A stretch of 64,000 bases of DNA from Bdellovibrionales bacterium (GTDB lineage Bacteria > Bdellovibrionota > Bdellovibrionia > Bdellovibrionales > UBA1609): assembly GCA_050249195.1 (NCBI GenBank), contig JBFWQY010000003.1, positions 64,023 through 128,022 of the forward strand. The letters are read 5' to 3'. The position numbers were made by a program, and so were the translations under genes. Below the pieces are notes generated by a model that saw only the letters and a program-made list of their open reading frames with translations, had not been told where the DNA came from and did not search any database. Of this stretch, positions 15,715-24,731 are shown one piece after another (the stretch's first letter is position 1; every line of letters begins with the position of its first letter).

Positions 15715-17838
15715 TCAGCCCAACTCATCCAATTTGAAAACAAGCGACTTCAGGCGTGCTTTCTCCGCCAAAATCTCGTGGCAGGAGACCTCGTCACCGG
15801 CTTGAGATGGTTTGCGGAGCCGGTAAGACCCATCAGCATCCATATCCCAAGCCAGACGGCGGTCATTAAGCAGAATTTGCAAGGACTCCCAAATCTTCTC
15901 GCGCGCGGACCTGTCCTCCACCGGCACGACCACCTCAACTCGTCCCAAGAGATTGCGCGACATCCAGTCGGCGGAGCCAATAAAGAAGCGCCCCTCAATC
16001 TCGTGTGCGGCCGCTGACCGGAAATAAAAGACGCGGGAGTGCTCAAGAAACGGACCCACGATGGAGATCACTTGGATATTTTCACTCAATGAGGTCACAC
16101 CGGGACGAAGACAGCAAAAACCGCGCACGATCAAGCGCACGGAAACGCCCGCTTGTGAAGCCGCGTACAAGGCCTCGATCATATTTCTGTCCTCAAGGCT
16201 GTTGCATTTAATGAAAATACCGCTGGGACGGCCGTTGCGCGCATTTTCAGCCTCTTGCTGGATCATCTCCAAAAACCGCGATTTCATATTGATCGGCGCC
16301 ACAAGAAGGTGATTGTAATCCGTTTTGAGCGAGCGGCCGGTCAGATAATGGAAGACCTGGACCACTTCATTGGTGAGTTCGGCTCGTGAGGTGAGCAGGC
16401 CCATGTCGGTGTAAACCTTGGCGGTCTGCGAGTGGTAATTGCCTGTGCCGATATGGACATAGGAGCGGAATTCATCGCGCTCGCGCCGCACCACGAGAGC
16501 CAGTTTCGCATGGGTCTTCAGTCCTACGATCCCGTACACCACATGGACGCCTGCTTTTTCCATGGCCTGCGCCCAGTGAATGTTGCGTTCCTCATCGAAG
16601 CGGGCCTTGAGTTCCACCAGGCACACGACCTGCTTGCCAGCTTCCGCCGCGCGAATCAAGGCATTGACGATCGGGCTTTCTTCATTTGTCCGATAGAGAG
16701 TCATTTTGATGGCGACGACGGCCGGGTCATTCGCGGCTGAAACGATAAAGCGCTCCACACTGGTGGTGAAACTCTCGTAAGGCAGGTGAACAAGAATATC
16801 AGTTCCTCGGAGGATACTGAAGATGCTGGCGCTTTCATCCGCCAGCGGACTTATGGTGACGGGATTCCATGGTCTAAACTTCAGGTGAGGAAAATTGAGA
16901 TTGGCGACCGGCGACAGATTCTTGTACTCCATTGCCACTGGATACTCATAGACATCGTCGGCCGTCAGATCGAGTTCGTCCATCAGGAAATCCAACAGCC
17001 AAGGGTCGGGTGACGGGCCGTGTTCGAGGCGTACAACTTCGGCGAAACGCCGCTGTTTCACTTCCTCCTCGATGAGTTCCAGAAGATCCTCGGCATCCTC
17101 GTCATCGGTTTCAATATCGGCGTTGCGGGTCACGCGAAAGGCCATGACGTTGTTGATCTGCATCCGTGGAAAAAGCTGGTCGAGATGATGCTTCACGATT
17201 TCAAGAATGCTGACGATACGCTCAACACCTGGCTCTGTATCCGGAATGCGAATCCACGCGGGAAAGATATCGGGCACCTTAATGCGCGCGAAGAGAAGTT
17301 CCTCTTCATTGGGAGCTTTTAAGGAAACCGCGAGCGAGATTGAAAGATTAGAAATGAGCGGGAACGGATGACCGGGATCAACAGCCATCGGGGTTAGGAC
17401 GCTGAACACGCGGTCACGAAAGAAGGCGTGCGCCCACTCCTTTTCTTTGGGCTCCAGATCCTTCCACGTCAGTAAAAAAACCTTTTGTTCTTTAAGTTGG
17501 GGAAGGAGATCCTCCACAAGTAAGCGGCGGATATCATCACCAAGAGCCAACACCTCGCGCCGCAGGAACTTAAGCTGGTCCTCTGGCGTGAGCCCGTCCG
17601 CCGAAACCGTGGAGATGCTGGCGTAGTGTTGGCGCTGCAGTCCCCCCACGCGCTTCATGAAGAATTCATCCAGATTGGAGTGGAATATGTTTAGAAAACG
17701 GACGCGTTCGAGGAGCGGATTGCGTTCGTCCTGCGCCTGGAAGAGCACACGCTGGTTGAATTTGATCCAACTCATCTCTCGATTTAAAAACAGTTGGGGA
17801 GAGGCCGCGGGGGCGCTGGTGCTCATAGGCGCCAGCAT
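15715..17838 (-). CDS. ppk: Polyphosphate kinase 1
   Basis: FLNREMSWIKFNQRVL...NLDEFFMKRV is the canonical PPK1 N-terminus. The 707-aa length and two PLD-like C-terminal domains also fit. Confidence 0.95.
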   Translation of the reverse strand: MLAPMSTSAPAASPQLFLNREMSWIKFNQRVLFQAQDERNPLLERVRFLNIFHSNLDEFFMKRVGGLQRQHYASISTVSADGLTPEDQLKFLRREVLALGDDIRRLLVEDLLPQLKEQKVFLLTWKDLEPKEKEWAHAFFRDRVFSVLTPMAVDPGHPFPLISNLSISLAVSLKAPNEEELLFARIKVPDIFPAWIRIPDTEPGVERIVSILEIVKHHLDQLFPRMQINNVMAFRVTRNADIETDDEDAEDLLELIEEEVKQRRFAEVVRLEHGPSPDPWLLDFLMDELDLTADDVYEYPVAMEYKNLSPVANLNFPHLKFRPWNPVTISPLADESASIFSILRGTDILVHLPYESFTTSVERFIVSAANDPAVVAIKMTLYRTNEESPIVNALIRAAEAGKQVVCLVELKARFDEERNIHWAQAMEKAGVHVVYGIVGLKTHAKLALVVRRERDEFRSYVHIGTGNYHSQTAKVYTDMGLLTSRAELTNEVVQVFHYLTGRSLKTDYNHLLVAPINMKSRFLEMIQQEAENARNGRPSGIFIKCNSLEDRNMIEALYAASQAGVSVRLIVRGFCCLRPGVTSLSENIQVISIVGPFLEHSRVFYFRSAAAHEIEGRFFIGSADWMSRNLLGRVEVVVPVEDRSAREKIWESLQILLNDRRLAWDMDADGSYRLRKPSQAGDEVSCHEILAEKARLKSLVFKLDELG

Positions 17839-17842
17839 ACCC

Positions 17843-18967
17843 TCAAACGCTCAAGAACTGAATCAGGATTTCTTTTTGTTTCATCAGGTCGTAGTAACCC
17901 AAGTCAACGAGTTCGTTTAGATATACAGGATCAAACGTGAGATAGGACAGGATCTCCGCAGACTCGCGCGGGCTTCCCAGGCTGGACATCAGGAACCGCA
18001 ACATCGGAGGCAGCGCTTCCGCCCGCACTTCCGCCAGATCCGCGGGGGCTTGTGAGGGCTGGAAATGAACAATGTGGATCTTGCGAAAATTTTCGACCTT
18101 GGAGGCGATTTGAAGGTTTTCATTAATGATCCGAACACGTTCGATATCGACTTCAATCGCGTCCATAAAAAGCGCGTTCAAGACTACGCTGAGCACCCGA
18201 CCCAGTGTGGGGTTCACAATATTGGCTTCACTCAGACTTTCATCCTTTTGCTTACGTACGCCGATCACGATGATTTTGGAGGCGCCCACTTTGCGTGCGG
18301 GACTGAGCGGGGTATTGTTGCGCAAGCAGCCATCTCCGAAGTGGCGTTTACCCACGGGCCAGGGAGGAAAGAAGACGGGAATAGAGGCCGACGCCATAAC
18401 ATGATCAATGCCGATGGCTTCGCGGATCCCGATACGATGAACCCGTTTCCATTCTTTGAGTTGAGGTGCCCCCATAAAGAAGGTGACACCGATCGCGGTT
18501 GAATAATCTGTCGCCGTAACAGAAAGGCTATTCAGCCGGTTTTCCTCGATATGGCTATGAATTCGCGGAAACTCAATATGGGTGGCCAGAAGATCGCGCA
18601 AAGGTTCGACATTGAGGAGGCCGAGTTTCGAAGGTCGGAGAGATCCGGCGACCCCTCCAAGGGAAACTGCGCGCAGGACCCGCAAAGCGGTACGGCTCAC
18701 CGTCACATAGTCGGTCCGGAAGACGTCCTTGGTTGTGAGTTCGCGCCACATCCGGCACATGCGTTCAGTGGCACGGTTGAGATCGTCGGCTTCAGCTGCC
18801 AGGTAGGTCGCATTGATCGCGCCCGCACTCACGCCAACGAGATTGCGAAACGGCGCGAAGTTGCCCGCTTCCGCGCACACTTCGTAAATAGCGCGAAGGG
18901 CGCCCGCCTGATAGGCGCCTCGCGCACCCCCACCCGAAAGCACGATCGCAAAGTCGTTGTTATACAT
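17843..18967 (-). CDS. Patatin-like phospholipase
   Basis: Oxyanion motif LSGGGARG, nucleophile motif GVSAGA and a downstream DG dyad motif (FGDG). The stop lies 4 nt before the ppk start. Confidence 0.9.
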   Translation of the reverse strand: MYNNDFAIVLSGGGARGAYQAGALRAIYEVCAEAGNFAPFRNLVGVSAGAINATYLAAEADDLNRATERMCRMWRELTTKDVFRTDYVTVSRTALRVLRAVSLGGVAGSLRPSKLGLLNVEPLRDLLATHIEFPRIHSHIEENRLNSLSVTATDYSTAIGVTFFMGAPQLKEWKRVHRIGIREAIGIDHVMASASIPVFFPPWPVGKRHFGDGCLRNNTPLSPARKVGASKIIVIGVRKQKDESLSEANIVNPTLGRVLSVVLNALFMDAIEVDIERVRIINENLQIASKVENFRKIHIVHFQPSQAPADLAEVRAEALPPMLRFLMSSLGSPRESAEILSYLTFDPVYLNELVDLGYYDLMKQKEILIQFLSV

Positions 18968-19057
18968 AGATCTATTCTGTACTGATCGCGCGCAAAATCA
19001 AAGACGCAAAATCAGCACTGCGGATCTGATTTCGAACGTGTTTAGGCGACACATCTT

Positions 19058-19921
19058 TTAGAAGTCCGCGATAAGCTCGACCAGCTCGGGGTGATCGATA
19101 AACGGATTACGATCCCTCTGCTTTTCAAAAATGGCTTCGTTCCGTTCCTGCTCCAGCTCGTCGACGGGATCCGTTCGATGCCAGGCCTTAAGGCTGTCTT
19201 CTTCAATCTTGGACACGGCGAGCTTGTAGCGGACGGAAAAATAAAACACGGCGCGGGCGGCATTGCCCTTATGTTCGGTTGGGACCTCAAAGTACTGTTC
19301 ATGGCTGCCTGAGTTGACGTAGCCCCTACGGGACTCCGTACAGGGGGCTGAGGTCACACTGACGACGTCGCCGAACTCCAAATTGCCACGGGAGGAATTT
19401 GCTTTGGAAAGCACGGGGTAAAGGATGTGCAGATCCGAACGCTGCATGCCTCGGTCGAACTTGGAAGTGAAGCGGCTCTGGGGCCATGTGTGTTCCGCGT
19501 TAAGAACACTGTGATCGGGAATTTGGCCAGGTCCTGGGGGTGTTCCCGAGAACTCGTCCTCACCCGTAGTGTGATTGCAATACACGTCCTTGATCGCATA
19601 CCCTCGACGCGTTTCCAGAAGGTGAAGTTCACCAAAGAGGATCTGCCGGGCCCGGGTGTAGCCGAGACTCAGGTGGTGGTAGCAGCCGCGCGAACCTTTA
19701 TCGCAACTGGACAAAATCTGGTCGTGGGACTCAGTCGGAATGTGCGCGGAACTGAGGATTGTGAAGAGGAGATTTTTGAGCGGCCGGTCGCGGGTTCCAT
19801 TCTCAATATCTTGATAAAAATCTTCGGGATAATAGGCGCGACGGTCATTCAGACGACTGGCATTTGCTGCTGCCGCAAAGATCCCAAGAAATATCACCGC
19901 GACCGTCGATACTCGGCTCAC
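19058..19921 (-). CDS. Secreted endonuclease I family DNase/RNase
   Basis: Signal peptide, then NAEHTWPQS, DLHILYP...NSSRGN, GNAARAVFYF and RNPFIDHPEL, which match EndA/Vvn-type endonuclease I. Confidence 0.85.
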   Translation of the reverse strand: MSRVSTVAVIFLGIFAAAANASRLNDRRAYYPEDFYQDIENGTRDRPLKNLLFTILSSAHIPTESHDQILSSCDKGSRGCYHHLSLGYTRARQILFGELHLLETRRGYAIKDVYCNHTTGEDEFSGTPPGPGQIPDHSVLNAEHTWPQSRFTSKFDRGMQRSDLHILYPVLSKANSSRGNLEFGDVVSVTSAPCTESRRGYVNSGSHEQYFEVPTEHKGNAARAVFYFSVRYKLAVSKIEEDSLKAWHRTDPVDELEQERNEAIFEKQRDRNPFIDHPELVELIADF

Positions 19922-20040
19922 TTGCCCTCCCCCTTTTTAGCTTTATGTACAAGCCTATTGCGGGAGAGGGGCAACGTGGAAAGGTGTATTGCAGGACTAA
20001 CAGAAAACAAACACCAACCTGGACCATAGTCCAGGTCTTA

Positions 20041-20433
20041 TCACTTACATGTGAATCCAGCCTCTTCGAGACGGCCTTTGATCTTCTCCTGGGTGCTTTC
20101 ACAATGGCTGGTGCCATTCACACTGGACGCGACAACAGCCTCCTGTCCATTCTTGGTGTAAGCCAGTTCACAACCCGAGTCGGTCTTGCGAATTTCCAAA
20201 AAGCGCTCATCGCCCTTAACGGAACATTCCATCCTTTCGCCAGTGGCTTCGCTTTTGGTCTTGGCCTCGGGAGTGGCCTTTCCCGCCTCCGCGGATTTGG
20301 ATTCCGCCGGTGCTTGGCTCTGCTCGGTTGCTTTTTCCGGTGCTGTGGCCGCCGTGTCTTCACTCTTGTCCTTTGACGAGCATCCAGCTGCTGCAAACAG
20401 ACCGATTGCGGCGATGATGACCCACGTACGCAT
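20041..20433 (-). CDS. Small lipoprotein with 4 Cys (unknown function)
   Basis: MRTWVIIAAIGLFAAAGCSS is a signal peptide with a lipobox. A Lys/Glu/Ala-rich linker precedes a roughly 65-aa Cys-containing domain. Confidence 0.75.
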   Translation of the reverse strand: MRTWVIIAAIGLFAAAGCSSKDKSEDTAATAPEKATEQSQAPAESKSAEAGKATPEAKTKSEATGERMECSVKGDERFLEIRKTDSGCELAYTKNGQEAVVASSVNGTSHCESTQEKIKGRLEEAGFTCK

Positions 20434-20553
20434 TGTTACCCTCCTTGGTTGTGACTGCCGAACCCCAGTCTATAGACACCGGTTTGCAACTGTCAAAACA
20501 CCCACCAACCAAAGTCTCGTGGAAGATTCGTCTCATTCTGCCGATCTCATACA

Positions 20554-22164
20554 TTGATGTCCGGTGGAAGTTTGAAAGTAAAAATATTTGATGCGAATGG
20601 AACTCAGGTCCATCCCGTTGCGAAGTCCACGCTGACCGTGGGATCCGCCGCGCATTGTGACATCGTGCTGGATCATCCGTCTATGGACGGTGAACACGTG
20701 CGTGCGTGGCTTGAGGGCGGCCGGATCTGGGTACAGGATCTGGGCACCGGAACGGGCACCTTTTTAAATGGAATTCGACTACCGCCGCTCAAACCCATGT
20801 TGGTGCGCGATCTTGATATTTTGAAGATGGGCGAATGTCCCGCCACTCTCGGTCTTGAAGTTAATCTGGTGCGCGCACCCGTGGTGAAGACGCGAATCGC
20901 GATGGATGAAATCACGTTAACCGACATCAAGCCCCTGGTTCCGAAAGATTCGGAATTGGAAAGTAAGCGCGAGGAACTTGCCGCCGTCAGCCGAGAACTG
21001 GCGGAATTGAAACTCCAGCTCCAGATGGGGCGGATGGAAAAAGAAACCGATGATCAGAGTCAGCAAATCAAAGAGTTGCGCGCCGACAATGAAAAATTGG
21101 TCGAGCATGTTCACCAGTTGGAGCGTGAGAAGTCGAGTCACCGGAAGGTCCTGGAGACGGAAATCGCCGAGTTGAAGCTCAAGGCCTTGCGCGACCTTAA
21201 AGACTTAAAGGATGAAGAAGCACGAAAGTTTGCGACGTGGAAAGTGAATCTCGTTTCCGACCTCACGCGGAACTTGCGCGACCTCAGTCTGCGCAAGGGC
21301 AAGGCGTGGGACGGCCGCGCGGTCGACCGGGACTTGATGATGGAATGGGAAGCCGAAATGAATCATTTCTTCCGAAGGTGGATCTTGGATGAGCACGAGC
21401 CGCAGCCGGTTCATCAGCCCCTTCAGTCGGACATTCCGACCCAACAGATCCCGGTCGCCACATCCGAGCGGCCGCTTCTGGACCGGCGGTCGGGCCGGCC
21501 TCGTCGGCGCCAACGATCCTCCGCTTTAGCGATGCCCGCCGCGGTGACGGCGGCGGCTCTCACGGCTGTCATGGGAATTTGGTTTGTGGTGCGCTCGTTC
21601 CGCAGCCCGGCTCGCCCACCCGCGGGTGTTGTCGCCCTTGCGCCGGCGCCAGCGTCAGCGCGCGCACCCGCTCAGCTTCCGCCGGCGTCAACACCCGCGC
21701 GCGCAGTACCCCATGGGTCTGGATCAAAACCGGCTGCGACACGGCCATCGAATGTCTATCAGCCCGCGCAAACGTCGAGCTACAAAACGAGCTACACGGA
21801 CAATACCCTTTACACGTTGGGATTCCTTGAGTCCGAAATGAAGCCGGATTTTCGCAAAGGTTGGCTCGCGGAATTGAATCGCACCGCCCAGAAGGACTGG
21901 AAGCTAAAAGGTCCGACGGTGACCGCGATCGCGACGCAAGAAATGGCCCTTCTTCGAGACCTTCAGAAGCTACAATCGGCCATTCGCGCCAACGATGTGA
22001 GAGAGGGAATCAAGAGAATGCGCCAGCGTGAAGACCGCTTTGAACAGGATCTGGAACGATTGCTCGGAAATAAAGCATTGCTCGCCAAGTTCCTACGATT
22101 GAAACGCGATTTTTATTCACGTCACGTGGCTCGCCTGAGTCAACCCGCGCGTGGACGCCGCTAA
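20554..22164 (+). CDS. FHA-domain protein with coiled coil, one TM helix and a Pro/Ala-rich C-terminal part
   Basis: N-terminal FHA signature (TVGSAAHCDIVLDHPSMDGEHVRAW...GTGTFLNG). A heptad-like charged region follows, then the TM segment AAVTAAALTAVMGIWFVV. The start is TTG 20554 or ATG 20557. Confidence 0.85.
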   Translation: MMSGGSLKVKIFDANGTQVHPVAKSTLTVGSAAHCDIVLDHPSMDGEHVRAWLEGGRIWVQDLGTGTGTFLNGIRLPPLKPMLVRDLDILKMGECPATLGLEVNLVRAPVVKTRIAMDEITLTDIKPLVPKDSELESKREELAAVSRELAELKLQLQMGRMEKETDDQSQQIKELRADNEKLVEHVHQLEREKSSHRKVLETEIAELKLKALRDLKDLKDEEARKFATWKVNLVSDLTRNLRDLSLRKGKAWDGRAVDRDLMMEWEAEMNHFFRRWILDEHEPQPVHQPLQSDIPTQQIPVATSERPLLDRRSGRPRRRQRSSALAMPAAVTAAALTAVMGIWFVVRSFRSPARPPAGVVALAPAPASARAPAQLPPASTPARAVPHGSGSKPAATRPSNVYQPAQTSSYKTSYTDNTLYTLGFLESEMKPDFRKGWLAELNRTAQKDWKLKGPTVTAIATQEMALLRDLQKLQSAIRANDVREGIKRMRQREDRFEQDLERLLGNKALLAKFLRLKRDFYSRHVARLSQPARGRR

Positions 22165-22216
22165 ACCCACTTACTGATTGACTTCATTCCCTTCACCGGA
22201 GATGACCTAAGAATCC

Positions 22217-23257
22217 ATGAAGATTCTTATCATGCGCTTCTCGAGCTTTGGCGACGTCCTTCAGACGTTGAGCGTGGCGGGGCGGTTGGGGCAAACGTTT
22301 CCACAAGCGGAGATCCATTGGGTGACGCGTGAGGAATTCGTGCCTTTGATTTCCACTCATCCACGCGTGACGAAAGTATGGAGCCTGCGTAAAGGAGCGG
22401 ACTTCACTGATCTGCTCAAGCTCGGACATCAGTTGCGACGGGAGCATTTCACGCATGTTTATGATGCTCATAATAATTTGCGCTCGCACCTTCTCGGCCT
22501 GCAGCTGAAGGGATTTCTCTCGTGGCGGGTATGGACAGGCCGCGTGCGGTTCTTACGACGCTCGATCTTTCGTTGGCGCCGTTTCCTTTTGTTCCAGTTC
22601 CGTTGGAATTTGTTTCCAAAGCCCTTTTCCGGCCAGAAGGCTCTGCTGGCACCGTTAGCGGCGTGGGGCGTACCGGATCAAGCTCCGGATGTGCCTCAGC
22701 TCTTTTTGTCAGGCACAGATTCCTCGCGGATTCCGCGCGAATGGACGCGGTATGTGGCATTGGCTCCCTCCGCAGCATTTGAGCTCAAACGTTGGCCGCT
22801 TGAGTACTGGAAGGAGCTCATCCGGATGTCGACGGAGCTGCATTTCGTTGTATTGGGCGGTCCCGAGGATCAGTTCCTTAAAGAACTCGAACCGATTGCG
22901 CCCGATCGTGTGATCTGTCTGGCCGGGCAAATGGATTTACTTGAGAGCGCGCGAGTGGTGGCCTCAAGCCAGGCTCTGGTGGCGAACGACACGGGACTGA
23001 TGCATGTGGCGGAGCAAATCGGGAAGCCGTGCGTGGCGCTGATGGGACCCGCTCCATTCGGCTTTCCCTGTCGCGAACGGACGATTGTGATGGAATTGGA
23101 TCTGGCGTGTCGCCCGTGCAGCAAACATGGACAAGGGCCGTGCGTGAATCCGGAGTATCAAAAATGTCTGCGCGGGATTCCTCCCCAGGACGTGGTGAAA
23201 CAGTTGAGGAGGGTGCTGCATGCCAAACTGGATGCGCCGATATCTGCGGAGCCGTGA
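22217..23257 (+). CDS. Glycosyltransferase family 9 (LPS heptosyltransferase-like)
   Basis: MKILIMRFSSFGDVLQT N-terminus, and ANDTGLMHVA...G in the C-terminal half, as in RfaC/RfaF-type enzymes. Confidence 0.85.
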   Translation: MKILIMRFSSFGDVLQTLSVAGRLGQTFPQAEIHWVTREEFVPLISTHPRVTKVWSLRKGADFTDLLKLGHQLRREHFTHVYDAHNNLRSHLLGLQLKGFLSWRVWTGRVRFLRRSIFRWRRFLLFQFRWNLFPKPFSGQKALLAPLAAWGVPDQAPDVPQLFLSGTDSSRIPREWTRYVALAPSAAFELKRWPLEYWKELIRMSTELHFVVLGGPEDQFLKELEPIAPDRVICLAGQMDLLESARVVASSQALVANDTGLMHVAEQIGKPCVALMGPAPFGFPCRERTIVMELDLACRPCSKHGQGPCVNPEYQKCLRGIPPQDVVKQLRRVLHAKLDAPISAEP

Positions 23258-24731
23258 CCTCCGCGCTCATTTCTGGACGGCCTTAGCCTTAGGAGCTCTG
23301 TTCCGTTTTTTTTCTGCCTACTTCGTATATGGCCCGCAGGCTTTGGATGACTACAAACACGGGGTATGGCCGGCATGGCAATTTTGGGCGGGGATCCCAC
23401 TGGATTTGCCGGAGTATCGAAGTCATCTCTTGGTTTGGTTGTTGAGTGTTTTTATTGAGATAGGATCCTGGTTTGGAGTGAGTTCGGCGTTGGGACAAGT
23501 GCGCGCCATGTATATGGGATTGGGCGCTCTCAGCCTTCTTGGGATCTATGGCACCTATTTGTATGTGCGCCGTGATCGCGATCCGCGCTTCGGGCTCTTT
23601 GCGCCCCTTGCTCTTTATCTGATCGCGCTCTTTCCCCTGATGCCGTTTGTGGGGACCCGCGCCTTCGGTGAGGCGGTGGCGCTGTCACTGGTTGTGTTAT
23701 CCTTCGGAATTCTGGAGGAGACGCGGCGTACGCGTTCGCGTCAGTTTCTTTGTTGGATGGTGGGCTTTGTGATTTTGGGAATCGCGACACTGTTCCGTTT
23801 CCACGTGGGCCTCTTGTTCTTTAGCTATGTTGGCGTTTTGCTGGTGCTGCACCAGTGGCGGGGGATTGCGGGTGCCGCCGTCGCGGGGGGCCTGACCTTG
23901 GCTGCCCAGGCCGCGGTGGACATCGGCAGTGGAAAACAGGCGTTTGAAACGCTGAGGGTGTACCTGGCTGAGAACGCGGGGGGCGGAGCCAAGTACGGCG
24001 TGAGCCCTTGGTACAATCCCTGGCTCTTTGTCCTCGGGATTGCGTTGGCTCCATTTGCTTTTGTGCTGTTCGGCCATCTAAGGGGATTGTGGCGCCGACG
24101 CTGGCCCGTGTTGGTCCCCTTTCTTGTTTTTGTTGCGGCTCACAGTGTGGCCGCGCACAAAGAGGAGCGGTTTCTATATCCCATCATCGGACTGGAACTC
24201 TGGGCGGTCGCGGATCTGTGGGCCTGTGCGGCCCTGAGCCGATGGGCGCGCCGGATCTATGCGCCCGTGGCCCTTTTCGTCGGAGTTCTGGGATTGGTGG
24301 TCGTGTCTTTTGTAAACACGCAAGAAGGGGAGATCGAGCCACCCGCCTACGTGGAGTCCACATACGACAGTGTCGTGTATCTGGATTATGAATCCCTTTT
24401 TGGTCGATCACGTTTTCAGTTTTACTTTTTGCGCCCTCCGAGCGTGCTTGAGAAAATGGACGACCCGGGAGATTTTCAGGCTCACCGAGTGGATGAGGCC
24501 CTACTGTCTCATCCAGATCACCATGCCGCCGTGCTTTTGACCTCGGACCCCACAGCTTACGTGGAGCTGCGAGCCTTGGAAGGAGTTCAGACTCTAGCCG
24601 GACGTTGTCTGCGGGTGCGCGAAGCCGGCTCCTTAATTGACCGGCTCCTTTACAAGATGAATCCCAAGCACAATCAGCGGCGGCGTCCAACCTGGTATCT
24701 GGTTTGTGAAAGGAACAGTCATGCTCCTTGA
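23220..24731 (+). CDS. Polytopic GT-C glycosyltransferase, GT22/Alg9-PIG-B-like (putative polyprenyl-P-mannose dependent mannosyltransferase)
   Basis: More than 10 hydrophobic helices. First-loop acidic motif DDYKH (23346-23360) and HKEERF (24156-24173), which matches the HKExRF signature of GT22. Overlaps the GT9 gene by 38 nt. Confidence 0.7.
   Translation: MPNWMRRYLRSRDLRAHFWTALALGALFRFFSAYFVYGPQALDDYKHGVWPAWQFWAGIPLDLPEYRSHLLVWLLSVFIEIGSWFGVSSALGQVRAMYMGLGALSLLGIYGTYLYVRRDRDPRFGLFAPLALYLIALFPLMPFVGTRAFGEAVALSLVVLSFGILEETRRTRSRQFLCWMVGFVILGIATLFRFHVGLLFFSYVGVLLVLHQWRGIAGAAVAGGLTLAAQAAVDIGSGKQAFETLRVYLAENAGGGAKYGVSPWYNPWLFVLGIALAPFAFVLFGHLRGLWRRRWPVLVPFLVFVAAHSVAAHKEERFLYPIIGLELWAVADLWACAALSRWARRIYAPVALFVGVLGLVVVSFVNTQEGEIEPPAYVESTYDSVVYLDYESLFGRSRFQFYFLRPPSVLEKMDDPGDFQAHRVDEALLSHPDHHAAVLLTSDPTAYVELRALEGVQTLAGRCLRVREAGSLIDRLLYKMNPKHNQRRRPTWYLVCERNSHAP

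Noticed and set aside
17843-18967. Patatin gene as a CBASS CapV-type defence effector
   Set aside because: No CD-NTase/cyclase, E1/E2/JAB or other CBASS partner lies adjacent. The neighbours are ppk1 and an endonuclease I gene.
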